Assembly: GCA_019454165.1 (NCBI GenBank)
Contig: CP075367.1
Span: forward strand, 67,971 to 131,970
From: Anaerolineales bacterium
GTDB taxonomy: Bacteria; Chloroflexota; Anaerolineae; Anaerolineales; UBA11579
Direction: 5' to 3'
DNA length: 64,000 nt
Numbering within the stretch: position 1 is the first letter of the stretch; each line of letters opens with the position of its first letter. Positions 1 to 8,240 of this stretch are shown piece after piece. Both the position numbers and the translations under genes were made by a program. The notes under the pieces are model-generated. The model was not told the origin of the DNA, made no database searches, and was given only the letters and a program-made list of their open reading frames with translations.

Positions 1-70
1 CCGAGGGATTCTTTGCCCCTCATCTTCCAAACAACGCCTCTTCCTAACGCCCCCCCCAAAAAAAAGAAAA

Positions 71-250
71 CTATTCCTCGTCAAAATCCTCATCGTCATC
101 GTCTTCGATCGGCCAATCCAACTCCAACGGATCCAGCCACACAATATCTAGCTCCGTATCGCACGCAGTACACGTCACGCTCATGCCGATCTTTGGCGTA
201 CCCTTCACGCTCACCTGGGCGCCACACGAGGGGCAAACAGCATCGCTCAT
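71..250 (-). CDS. lysW: LysW-type amino-group carrier protein (internal ATG of the 93-aa ORF)
   Basis: The 59-aa product is MSDAVCPSCGAQV...CTACDTELDIVWLDPLELD...DDDDEDFDEE. It has two CxxC pairs (zinc ribbon), the ELxxVxLDPLxL core and an acidic tail ending in Glu, as in LysW. ATG at 248-250. Confidence 0.7.
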   Translation of the reverse strand: MSDAVCPSCGAQVSVKGTPKIGMSVTCTACDTELDIVWLDPLELDWPIEDDDDEDFDEE

Positions 251-410
251 TTGAGGGTTCCTTTCAGCCAACCTGGCTGCATCTAAAAGTGGAGCGCACT
301 GTACAGCAAACAGCCCCCGCACGCTGGCAAAACCACAGGCGAAGCCATCCACAGCAACTATTCAATTCTTCGACTATTCGAGAGGGGTTCCTGCGCCATT
401 AGGCGCGAAC

Positions 411-1142
411 TCAGCTAACTTCGCTAGCGCTCTTTTCCGTCTTGCTGAACATCCGCTGCTGGTCCGGCTCAGGCTCAAAGTAGTACCCGATGCCCGCATC
501 CGTCATGATATAGCGCGGGTTCGAAGGGTCCGGCTCGATCTTGCCGCGCAAACGGCTGATCAGACCGCGCACCAGGCCCTGGCTGCCCTCGCCGCCATAG
601 CCCCATACATACTCCACCAAATTCTCGGATGGGATGATGCGCCCCGGGTGGGTCATCAGCGCATACAGCAGACGGAACTCCAGCTGCGTCAAGCGCGTGG
701 CCGCCTGCTTGCCCACCTGCACGCTGCGCTTCGAAGGATCCAGCGTGATGCCCGCCTGGCTCAGCGCCGGCAGGCTAAAGTACGGCAGGCCGGAGCTGCG
801 GCGCATCAGCGCCCGCAGCTGCGCCACCATGAACTTGGGGCTGTACGGACGGCTGAACACCAGGTCGGCGCCGGCCTCGATGAAATCGATCTGCGCGCTT
901 TCATCGCCGGCTTCCATCAGCAGCACGATCGGCGCCTGGTTCTCCAAACGCAGCTGGCTGATGAATTCGGATGTGATCGCTTTTTCGGTAGTGAACGCGA
1001 AGAAGAAAAGCTCTGCCGGGCGATCGCCCTGCGATAGCTGGTCAAGCTCAGTAACTAAGCGGACTTCGAAGCCGGCGCGTTGCAGGATAAGAGTGAGTAC
1101 AGCTGCTTCGTCTGCGTCCGGTGAAAACAGTAAGGTCAGCAT
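411..1142 (-). CDS. OmpR/PhoB-family response regulator with degenerate (pseudo-)receiver domain
   Basis: C-terminal winged helix: LTQLEFRLLYALMTHPGRIIPSENLVEYVWGY...RLRGKIEPDPSNPRYIMTDAGIGYYF. The N-terminal length and pattern are CheY-like, but the expected acceptor Asp position reads ELFFFAF. Confidence 0.85.
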   Translation of the reverse strand: MLTLLFSPDADEAAVLTLILQRAGFEVRLVTELDQLSQGDRPAELFFFAFTTEKAITSEFISQLRLENQAPIVLLMEAGDESAQIDFIEAGADLVFSRPYSPKFMVAQLRALMRRSSGLPYFSLPALSQAGITLDPSKRSVQVGKQAATRLTQLEFRLLYALMTHPGRIIPSENLVEYVWGYGGEGSQGLVRGLISRLRGKIEPDPSNPRYIMTDAGIGYYFEPEPDQQRMFSKTEKSASEVS

Positions 1143-1172
1143 TGAAAGAGCGTGTTGCTAGTTATAACACGT

Positions 1173-2897
1173 TCATGCCTTTGTGGTGGCGCGCACAGCA
1201 TCCATTAATTCACGCGCCGATTGCAATGTCCCTTCACTTATTTCACCAAACATGTTAGCCAATTCGTTCACACGTGCATCGTCTTTCAAACGCACCGCTT
1301 GCGTTTGCGTGCGGCCATCGTTCACAACTTTTTCAACTTTGAAATGCTGATCGCCGAACGCGGCCAGCTGCGGCAGATGCGTCACGCATAGCACCTGATG
1401 CGCCCGCGCCAGCCGCCATAGCTTCTCGCCCACCACGCTGCCTACCCGGCCGCCAATGCCTTGATCGATCTCGTCAAAGATCAGCGTAGGCGTATGGTCA
1501 GCCCGCGCCAGCACGTTCTTCATCGCCAGCATCAGGCGCGCCGTCTCACCGCCTGAGGCGATCTTGACCAGTGGCTTCAAGCCCTCGCCGGGATTCGGCG
1601 CCACCAGAAACTCCACCGTCTCGTGCCCGTGCGCATCGAAGGCCACCCGCTGGCCGTCGATCTCCAAACCGTTCGCGTCCGCCGTCGTGCGGAAGTCGAC
1701 GCCAAAGCGCGCCGCTTCCATCTTGAGGTCGTCGAGCTCGATCTCGATCCCCTTGCTCAGCTCCTCGGCCGCGCTGTGGCGCCTAGCCGCCAGCGCCATC
1801 GCTTCCTGCGCCAGGCGCGCCAACAGCTCGCCCTCGCCCTTCTGCAGCGCCTCCAGGCGCTCCTCAGCATTGGAGATGTTCTCGAGGTCCTTGCGCGCTC
1901 GCTGGCCAAATTCCAATATCGCCGGAATATCCTCGCCATACTTGCGCTTCAGGCTCTGCAGCAGCGCCAGCCGCTCTTCCACTTCTTCCAGCCGCTTGGG
2001 GTTGAACTCGATCTGCTCCAGGTACCCCCGCAGCTCATGCGCAATATCAGCCATCTCATCCAGCAGCCCCTGGGCGCGGTTCTCCAGCCCGGCCTGCGAG
2101 CCGTCCACCCGCGCCAGCGCCCCCAGGGCCTCTACCGCCGCGCCCATCCGGTCGCTCGCCGAGGCCGCCTCGTCCTGACCCTCATCCAGGGCGGCCAGCG
2201 CCAGGGTGGCGTTGGCCGCCAGGCTCTCGGCATTCGCCAGCCGCGTGCGCTCATCCCGCAGGCCGGCCTCTTCCTCCGGCTGCAGCTTGGCCGCCTCGAT
2301 CTCCTGCACCTGGAAGCTCAATAGTTCGATCCGCCGGGCGGCGTCCGCCTCGGCTTCCCGCAAGCTGCTCAGCTCGCGGCGCAGCTCCTGCAGTTGGCCG
2401 TAGGTCTTCTGGTACGCCGCCAGCTCGCGCTCCACGCCCGCATAACGGTCCAGCAGTACCCGGTGAGACGGCACGCGCAGCAGCGAGAGATGCTCGGACT
2501 GCCCGTGCAGATCGATCAGCAGCTCGCCCAGTTCGCGCACCAGCGCCACGGTCGAGGGCCGCCCATTGATGCGCACCACATTGCGCCCTTCGCGCCGGAA
2601 CTCGCGCGCGATCTGGACATAATCCGCATCATCCAGCAGCTCTTCGCGCTGCAAAATAGCGTGGATGTGTTCGCGGGTCGCATCCGGAATGCGGAAGGTG
2701 CCTTCCACCATGGCGCGGTCATCGCCGGCCCGGATCAGGCTGGTATCCGCCCGCACGCCCAGCAAAGTCTCCACCGCATCGATCAGGATGGACTTACCCG
2801 CGCCGGTCTCGCCGGAAAAAGTCACCAGACCGCTGCCCAATTCCAGGGTCAGGTCTTCGATGATCGCAAAATTCTGGATGCGCAGTTCGGTCAGCAT
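1173..2897 (-). CDS. recN: DNA repair protein RecN
   Basis: Walker A GETGAGKS, a long coiled-coil middle, SGGETARLMLA signature, and Walker B LIFDEIDQGIGG. Start taken at MLTELRIQNF (ATG 2895-2897), overlapping the upstream stop as TAATG. Confidence 0.93.
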   Translation of the reverse strand: MLTELRIQNFAIIEDLTLELGSGLVTFSGETGAGKSILIDAVETLLGVRADTSLIRAGDDRAMVEGTFRIPDATREHIHAILQREELLDDADYVQIAREFRREGRNVVRINGRPSTVALVRELGELLIDLHGQSEHLSLLRVPSHRVLLDRYAGVERELAAYQKTYGQLQELRRELSSLREAEADAARRIELLSFQVQEIEAAKLQPEEEAGLRDERTRLANAESLAANATLALAALDEGQDEAASASDRMGAAVEALGALARVDGSQAGLENRAQGLLDEMADIAHELRGYLEQIEFNPKRLEEVEERLALLQSLKRKYGEDIPAILEFGQRARKDLENISNAEERLEALQKGEGELLARLAQEAMALAARRHSAAEELSKGIEIELDDLKMEAARFGVDFRTTADANGLEIDGQRVAFDAHGHETVEFLVAPNPGEGLKPLVKIASGGETARLMLAMKNVLARADHTPTLIFDEIDQGIGGRVGSVVGEKLWRLARAHQVLCVTHLPQLAAFGDQHFKVEKVVNDGRTQTQAVRLKDDARVNELANMFGEISEGTLQSARELMDAVRATTKA

Positions 2898-3415
2898 TAG
2901 CGTTTGAGTTCGATACCCGCCAGGCGGTAGTAGGTGGAAGAGACTGCCAGCGAAAGATAGATCAGCGGCCACAAGACCGCGATCAGAGTGCGGATGCCGG
3001 CGCCGCCCAGCAATATATACGCCAGCGGCAGCAGCACGAACGGCGCCGCCCCCAGGCCCACTGCCACCGCCGCCAGGCGGAACAGGCGCGGCGAGCGGCG
3101 CCGGCCGGTCAGGCGCCTGATCACCTCGGCGATCAGGTTGCCCGCCAGCGGCGCCAGAAACAGGGTGAAGAAGCCGATCCGCATCGCAATGAACGCGCCA
3201 ATGCCGGAAAGCAGCGCCCCAACCACAAAAGCCACAACGAAGTCAGCCGTAGTGGCGGTCTCGAACACTTTCTGGCGGCCGCGCACACACTCTTTGCAGC
3301 GGTAGCCGGTTGGCGTGTGCACTGCGCACTGGGCGCAGATGTATTTCTCGCAATTGTTGCAGCGCAGGCCGGTTTCCCGGTCCGGGTGGTTGGCGCAATA
3401 GGTGGTCGTCGTCAC
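2897..3415 (-). CDS. B-box-type zinc-finger membrane protein (hypothetical)
   Basis: N-terminus CANHPDRETGLRCNNCEKYICAQCAVHTPTGYRCKEC is followed by 4-5 hydrophobic helices. GTG start overlaps the nadK stop (GTGA). Confidence 0.6.
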   Translation of the reverse strand: MTTTTYCANHPDRETGLRCNNCEKYICAQCAVHTPTGYRCKECVRGRQKVFETATTADFVVAFVVGALLSGIGAFIAMRIGFFTLFLAPLAGNLIAEVIRRLTGRRRSPRLFRLAAVAVGLGAAPFVLLPLAYILLGGAGIRTLIAVLWPLIYLSLAVSSTYYRLAGIELKR

Positions 3416-4308
3416 GCGGCGGCTCCAGTGGAAGGATTGTTGGCCATCAAAGACAGCAGACGTTGGTAGAAGTAGCTGGCCTCGCGGAAGCGCAGGAAGT
3501 GCAGGCTGTGCTCGCTGGCGCGCACATCCACCCGGTCGCCGATCTGCATGGCTTCGGGCGGCTGGCCGTCCACGCTCAGCACGGCCTCGTCGCCGCGCTC
3601 CAGCTCCACGGTGATGCTGGCGCCTTCGGCCAGCACAATGGCGCGGTCCACGCTCAGGTGCGGCGCCACTGGCAGCAGCAGCAGGTTGCGCAGCGTGGGC
3701 GGCAGGATCGGCCCACCCGCGGCCAGCGCATACGCGGTCGACCCCGTCGGCGTGGAAATGATCAGCCCGTCCGACACATATGTGGTGAGCGGGTGCCGAT
3801 CCAGGCTGGCGCTCAAATGCACCGGGCGCACCACCCGGCCGCGGCCCACCATCGCCTCGTTGAGGGCATGCCAGCTGCCCACCACGGTGTCACCGCGGCG
3901 CAGGTCCACCTGCAGCAGCATGCGCTTTTCCATCGAATAATCGCCGCTCACCAGACGCGGCAACTGCTGCTGCCATTCATCCGGCCCCAACTCAATAAGA
4001 AATCCAAAATTGCCGTGGTTGATGCCGATCAGCGGGATGCTCAACGGCGCACACACTTGCCCCGCCCGCAGCATGGTGCCGTCGCCCCCCAGCGCGATCA
4101 CCAGATCGCTGCCTTTTTCCTTCAGTTGCTGCTGGGTGGCCTGGCCTTGCAGCAGGCCGCTGTCGGCGGCCAGCCCCAGGCCCTGCAAAAAGCGCACCAC
4201 ATCCTCACACAGGCTGACCGCCTGCGCGTTGCTGGCGCTGGCCAGTACCGCCACATGCTTGAACTTGCTCGCGCGTGTCTCACCCATAGGCTTAGTGTAT
4301 CCGTTCAC
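3412..4308 (-). CDS. nadK: NAD kinase
   Basis: Motifs GGDGTMLRAG, NHGNFGFL and STPTGSTAYALAAGGPI. GTG start at 4308; alternative ATG at 4287. Confidence 0.9.
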   Translation of the reverse strand: MNGYTKPMGETRASKFKHVAVLASASNAQAVSLCEDVVRFLQGLGLAADSGLLQGQATQQQLKEKGSDLVIALGGDGTMLRAGQVCAPLSIPLIGINHGNFGFLIELGPDEWQQQLPRLVSGDYSMEKRMLLQVDLRRGDTVVGSWHALNEAMVGRGRVVRPVHLSASLDRHPLTTYVSDGLIISTPTGSTAYALAAGGPILPPTLRNLLLLPVAPHLSVDRAIVLAEGASITVELERGDEAVLSVDGQPPEAMQIGDRVDVRASEHSLHFLRFREASYFYQRLLSLMANNPSTGAAA

Positions 4309-4807
4309 TACATACCTGGCGGTAGCCGCAGGCGGCGCAGCGCGCCGCAGTGCTGTGCGAGCGGTGCAGCTCGCCCTGCCTCAGCCCCTGGCGCATCGCC
4401 GCCAGCAGGCTCAGCACCTGCGCTTCCAGCGCCGCGCTGAACTCCACCCGGAAGCTGCGCTCCGGGTAGCGGATGATGCCGTAGGCCGGCCGCTGCTCGA
4501 ACTGGCGCGCCACCAGCACACAGTACGCCGCCAGTTGATAGATATGCGATTGGTAGGGCTGCCGCGGCGTGCGCCCGCTCTTGACTTCCACCGGCACCAG
4601 GCCGTCCCCGTTCTGAACCAAATAATCGGGCCGGCCGATCAAACCCAGTGCTTCGTCCATCAAGGGCTGCTCCAGCCGCCGCTCGACTCCCGTGTCGGAG
4701 TACAGCACCTGCCCACTCGGCAAACCCAGCGCGCTGCGTTGGCGCGTGCTGACCCACAAGAGTACTACCGCCAACACCAGCAGAACCAGAGCGACCGTGA
4801 CGTACAT
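4292..4807 (-). CDS. Cas4/RecB-like PD-(D/E)XK nuclease, C-terminal part (TM helix plus nuclease core plus Cys cluster)
   Basis: N-terminal TM helix, then GRPDYLV...VPVEVKSG...QLAAYCVL and terminal CAACGYRQVC. It is in the same reading frame as ORF 4811..5044, separated only by TGA-TGT. Confidence 0.7.
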   Translation of the reverse strand: MYVTVALVLLVLAVVLLWVSTRQRSALGLPSGQVLYSDTGVERRLEQPLMDEALGLIGRPDYLVQNGDGLVPVEVKSGRTPRQPYQSHIYQLAAYCVLVARQFEQRPAYGIIRYPERSFRVEFSAALEAQVLSLLAAMRQGLRQGELHRSHSTAARCAACGYRQVCSERIH

Positions 4808-4810
4808 ACA

Positions 4811-5044
4811 TCAGCCCAGGAATTGCGCAGCCAGCAAGATCAACGCCACCAGCGCCAGCCCGGCCGCCACGACCCGCAGCCCGCGAGCCATCTGCCAGCC
4901 ACGCCCGTGCCGGGCGTGCTGGCGCGTCCCTTCGGCCAGCTCCTGCACGTTGGCGCTGGCTGCGCCTTGCAGGCGCAGCCACCAGGCGCGTTGGCAATAC
5001 AAATACTCGCCGAGCTCAGACGCTTTGATCCACTGCACGCTCAT
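4811..5044 (-). CDS. Cas4-like N-terminal fragment (first Fe-S Cys motif plus TM helix)
   Basis: [18 protein letters not shown]...EGTRQH resembles the Cas4/DUF83 N-terminal Cys-helix. It is followed by the TM helix [23 protein letters not shown] and ends at an in-frame TGA (4811-4813). Confidence 0.6.
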   Translation of the reverse strand: MSVQWIKASELGEYLYCQRAWWLRLQGAASANVQELAEGTRQHARHGRGWQMARGLRVVAAGLALVALILLAAQFLG

Positions 5045-5676
5045 GCGTCCTTCAGTTTGTCTTCCAGGCTCTGCAGGCTGGCTTCCAGCCGCTGCTGGCG
5101 CAGGCTGATGGTCATATCGCCGCGCGTGCGCTCCACCAGACTACGGCAGATGTCCGTCAGGCGGCGCAGGCCGCGCGTGACCGCATCGGGGTAATCCATG
5201 GTCACCAGCACGGCATAGATATCATCCATCTGGCCCAGCAGGCGCTCGGCCTCTTCCGAATGGCCGTGGCGCAAAATATCCAGGCAGCGGCGGCGCAGTT
5301 CGCCTGCCGCTTCCGACAGCCCTTGCAGATACGTGGCCGATTCCACCTTCAGATCTTGCGGGCTAGGCAGGCTGCCATTGTTCACCAACGCGTGCACGAT
5401 GTTGGCTTCGGCATACTCCTTCAACGCATCCTGCGTGTATCCGGCAAAGTACAGATCAGGGAATTCCCTCAAACCGGCCCGCAACACATCCGCCAGGTCG
5501 GCCGCCGCCTTCAACTCCGCCGCGGCGGTCTCGTGCTCATCCCGGTGGATGGCGCGGATCGCCTGCGAGCAGTGACGCGTCAGCTGGCGCGCCTGGCCCA
5601 AGGCCGCATCCCGCGCTGCGGTCTGGGCGTCAAAGTCGGCGCGGATGCCATCGGCGATCTGTTCCAAACGCTCCAT
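5041..5676 (-). CDS. Translin-family protein
   Basis: All-helical protein with [23 protein letters not shown] and [18 protein letters not shown], typical of prokaryotic translin-like proteins (COG2178). ATG at 5674-5676; a TTG at 5682 is also possible. Confidence 0.7.
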   Translation of the reverse strand: MERLEQIADGIRADFDAQTAARDAALGQARQLTRHCSQAIRAIHRDEHETAAAELKAAADLADVLRAGLREFPDLYFAGYTQDALKEYAEANIVHALVNNGSLPSPQDLKVESATYLQGLSEAAGELRRRCLDILRHGHSEEAERLLGQMDDIYAVLVTMDYPDAVTRGLRRLTDICRSLVERTRGDMTISLRQQRLEASLQSLEDKLKDA

Positions 5677-5678
5677 GC

Positions 5679-6047
5679 TCAACTCTTCGGTTCTTCGCCA
5701 TCGGGCGATTGGATAGATTTAAACAGATCATCCGCCAGGCTCTTGCCCGCCGGCAGCTTGATCTCACCGAATTGCTTTTCGTACTTGGCAATGTTCTCGC
5801 TCAAGGCGCGCTGCAACAGCTTGGCGCTCAGGGGCGACATCAGCACTCGCGATTTGATGATGATGTCCAGCTCACCCGGCAGCAAACGCCCAAAGTCGAA
5901 CACCATCTCCGCCGGCGAATGCGCCACCCGCACCACATTGCTGTACAGCACCTCGGTGCCGGGCGGGATCACCAGCCGCGGGCGGGCCTGGCCTGAGGCG
6001 GGTTGCCCCGCCCCAGGCGGATTCTTGGGATTGGTCGGCTCAGCCAT
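5679..6047 (-). CDS. DUF3467 domain protein
   Basis: YSNVVRVAHSPAEMVFDFGRLLPG...RVLMSPLSAKLLQRALSENIAKYEKQFGEI matches my recollection of the DUF3467 pattern. Confidence 0.7.
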   Translation of the reverse strand: MAEPTNPKNPPGAGQPASGQARPRLVIPPGTEVLYSNVVRVAHSPAEMVFDFGRLLPGELDIIIKSRVLMSPLSAKLLQRALSENIAKYEKQFGEIKLPAGKSLADDLFKSIQSPDGEEPKS

Positions 6048-6053
6048 GGCTGC

Positions 6054-6509
6054 CTAGAACGGGATCTCGTCCTCGCTGCCGCCCATCATGCCGTCGGGCT
6101 CAGAGGGCAGGCCGCCGTACTCGCCGCCGCCCATGTCACCTCCGCCGCCGCCACTGCCGCCGCGCCCGCCCAGGAATACGACCCGCTCGGCCGTCACCTC
6201 GTACGAGGCGGCCGGCGTGCCGTCCTGGCGCGTCCACACCCGCGGGCCACCGCTGGCTTTGTCGGGCGTCATGCGCCCTTCGATCATCACCTGGCTGCCG
6301 GTCTTCAGGTACTGGTTGCAGATCTCGGCTTGGCGCCCCCATGCCGAAATACGGAACCACACGGTTTCCTTGATCTTCTCGCCGTTCGAGCCGGTGTACT
6401 GGCGGTTGCTGGCCACATTGAAGTTGGTCACCGCCTGGCCGCCCGGGGTATAGCGCATTTCAGGGTCACGCCCCAAATTGCCTACGATCGTGATCTTGTG
6501 ATAAGACAT
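6054..6509 (-). CDS. ssb: Single-stranded DNA-binding protein
   Basis: OB-fold N-terminus ITIVGNLGRDPEMRYTPGGQAVTNFNVA...WFRISAWGRQAE, Gly-rich linker, acidic tip DEIPF. GGAGGA SD precedes the ATG. Confidence 0.95.
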   Translation of the reverse strand: MSYHKITIVGNLGRDPEMRYTPGGQAVTNFNVASNRQYTGSNGEKIKETVWFRISAWGRQAEICNQYLKTGSQVMIEGRMTPDKASGGPRVWTRQDGTPAASYEVTAERVVFLGGRGGSGGGGGDMGGGEYGGLPSEPDGMMGGSEDEIPF

Positions 6510-6676
6510 GTTTCCTCCAGAAAAATAGGTATCAAAACAAACTCAGTCTGTTAGCCAATAGTTTGTGCATATTCAATTTTGTGTCGGATGGGGCTCCTTT
6601 TCGGATGAGCGGCTGGGTAAGTTTCCCGGGCTGCTGTGCCCGGTGCTGGTCGAAGAATTCGCTCACCGACCCTGAA

Positions 6677-6706
6677 ATTATAGACCAAATGTGCGAACCG
6701 AGTCAA
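6677..6706 (-). promoter_or_regulatory. Sigma-70-like promoter for the ssb-to-recN operon
   Basis: Minus strand reads TTGACT (6706-6701), an 18-nt spacer, then TATAAT (6682-6677), about 165 nt upstream of the ssb ATG. Confidence 0.5.
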
Positions 6707-6709
6707 TAT

Positions 6710-7471
6710 CTAGCGATCTACCTGCCATACCTTGAGGGTTGAGAAGCTCACCGAGACGTCCCGGTCGCTGGAGGTGTGCACATACACGCCCACCGCACCC
6801 TGGAACAAGAGCGAGTCGGTCACGCTGAACAGGTACATATCATTCACAAAGAAGTGCAGCTGGCTGCCCGCCGCCCACACCCCCAGCCGGCTCGTGCCCG
6901 GGGCGATCGAGGGAATCGTGCCGCTGCTCACCCAGCCCGCCTGGCGGCTCAGGCTACCGCTGTGGAAGCGGTCCACCTTGGCGCGCCCATCGCACGACAA
7001 TGCAAAGCGGAAGTGATTGCCATCCAGCGCCCGCACCAGCAGGCCGTACTCGTCATCCACATTGCAGAAATTGGTGGTGGCCGTGATCTCGGCATAAAAA
7101 TCGCCGAAGATGGGGCTGTTGCGCGTGCTGAACAGATAGCTGCGCGTCGCATTCAGCACCAGGTTCATGCGCCCATTGCTGATCTGGGCGCTGCCGTCGG
7201 CGTTCGTGCTGGTCGGCCAGAACACGGCCTCGCTGAAGTCATCCTCCAGCAGCAGCTGGCCGATCCCCGGGCGCATGTCGGCGGTCGGGTTGACCACCGG
7301 CGTGGGAAACGGCGAGGGCGTCGGCGTCGCCGGGAACCACACCGGCGTCTCCGTGGCTGTCGCCGTTGGCTCCAGCTCCGGCTCCGTCGTCGGCTCCACC
7401 ACCTGCGGCATGATGCAGCCGGCCAGTAAGGCGGCCGCCGCCAGCAGCGTCACAATAGCATTACGCAACAT
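6710..7471 (-). CDS. Secreted lipoprotein, hypothetical (beta-sandwich/LamG-like C-terminal domain suspected)
   Basis: Signal peptide with lipobox LLAGC and a Pro/Thr-rich linker, then a roughly 180-aa domain. No catalytic motif recognised. Confidence 0.55.
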   Translation of the reverse strand: MLRNAIVTLLAAAALLAGCIMPQVVEPTTEPELEPTATATETPVWFPATPTPSPFPTPVVNPTADMRPGIGQLLLEDDFSEAVFWPTSTNADGSAQISNGRMNLVLNATRSYLFSTRNSPIFGDFYAEITATTNFCNVDDEYGLLVRALDGNHFRFALSCDGRAKVDRFHSGSLSRQAGWVSSGTIPSIAPGTSRLGVWAAGSQLHFFVNDMYLFSVTDSLLFQGAVGVYVHTSSDRDVSVSFSTLKVWQVDR

Positions 7472-7518
7472 CACGGGCGCAATTATAGCCAGCGCTAAGC
7501 GAGTAGAATCTGAGACCT

Positions 7519-7860
7519 ATGCGCATTCTTGTCCGCTCCAAGATCCATAACGCCACTGTCACCGAGGCCAACCTGGCCTACATCGGCAGCATCACCATCG
7601 ACGAAGAATTGGTGGAACGCGCCGGCCTGTGGCCCGGCGAAAAAGTGCTCGTGGTCAGCAACACCACCGGTGAACGGCTGGAGACCTACGTCATCGTCGG
7701 CCCGCGCGGCAGCGGCACGATCACCATGAACGGCGCCGCCGCCCATCTCATCAAAGCCGGCGAACAGGTCATCATCATGGCCTTCGAGATCAGCGCCGAG
7801 CCGGTGGAAGCCACCTTCATCCTGGTGGACGAGAACAATAAGTTCGTGCGCTATCTCTAG
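7519..7860 (+). CDS. panD: Aspartate 1-decarboxylase
   Basis: MRILVRSKIHNATVTEANLAYIGSITIDEEL contains the Gly-Ser self-processing site. Length is typical. Confidence 0.93.
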   Translation: MRILVRSKIHNATVTEANLAYIGSITIDEELVERAGLWPGEKVLVVSNTTGERLETYVIVGPRGSGTITMNGAAAHLIKAGEQVIIMAFEISAEPVEATFILVDENNKFVRYL

Positions 7861-8240
7861 CCACGCCGTTTTCTGAGGCCGCGCAAACGGTGGCCTTCGC
7901 GCAGCAAACCATCCAGCTCTTCCCAGTCAGTCTGCTCGTCTAAATACACGCCGATCCAGCCGCTCTTGCCCTGATAGGGCGGCACAAAATACTGTGCGGG
8001 CGCGGCCCGCACCAGCAGGTCGCGCTCGTCCGCTTCGGCCATGATCCACACCGCCGTTCGCCCATCACCGTGGTGCGTATCCGGCGAAGCGAACATGGCG
8101 AACATCTTGCCTTTGACGCGGAAGGTCGGCTCGCCCCAGGCTTCCACCTCGGTCGTGTCCGCCAGGCTGCGGCACAGCGTGCGCAGGCGCGCCAATTGGC
8201 TGCGTGAGTGTTGGCTTTGCTTCTTGGGCGGGTGCGCCAT
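7857..8240 (-). CDS. MmcQ/YjbR-family DNA-binding protein
   Basis: EAWGEPTFRVKGKMFAMFA...GWIGVYL pattern typical of the YjbR fold family. Confidence 0.7.
   Translation of the reverse strand: MAHPPKKQSQHSRSQLARLRTLCRSLADTTEVEAWGEPTFRVKGKMFAMFASPDTHHGDGRTAVWIMAEADERDLLVRAAPAQYFVPPYQGKSGWIGVYLDEQTDWEELDGLLREGHRLRGLRKRRG

Noticed and set aside
4811-4813. In-frame TGA as a selenocysteine codon.
   Set aside because: I see no convincing SECIS-like hairpin in the 40 nt downstream. The codon lies in a turn between two membrane helices, where a catalytic Sec makes no sense. A nonsense mutation, split gene or read error is more likely.
4292-5044. Cas4-like gene as evidence of a CRISPR-Cas system.
   Set aside because: No other cas genes or arrays are in the window. 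The context (ssb, nadK, recN) points to a stand-alone PD-(D/E)XK repair nuclease of the Cas4/RecB family.
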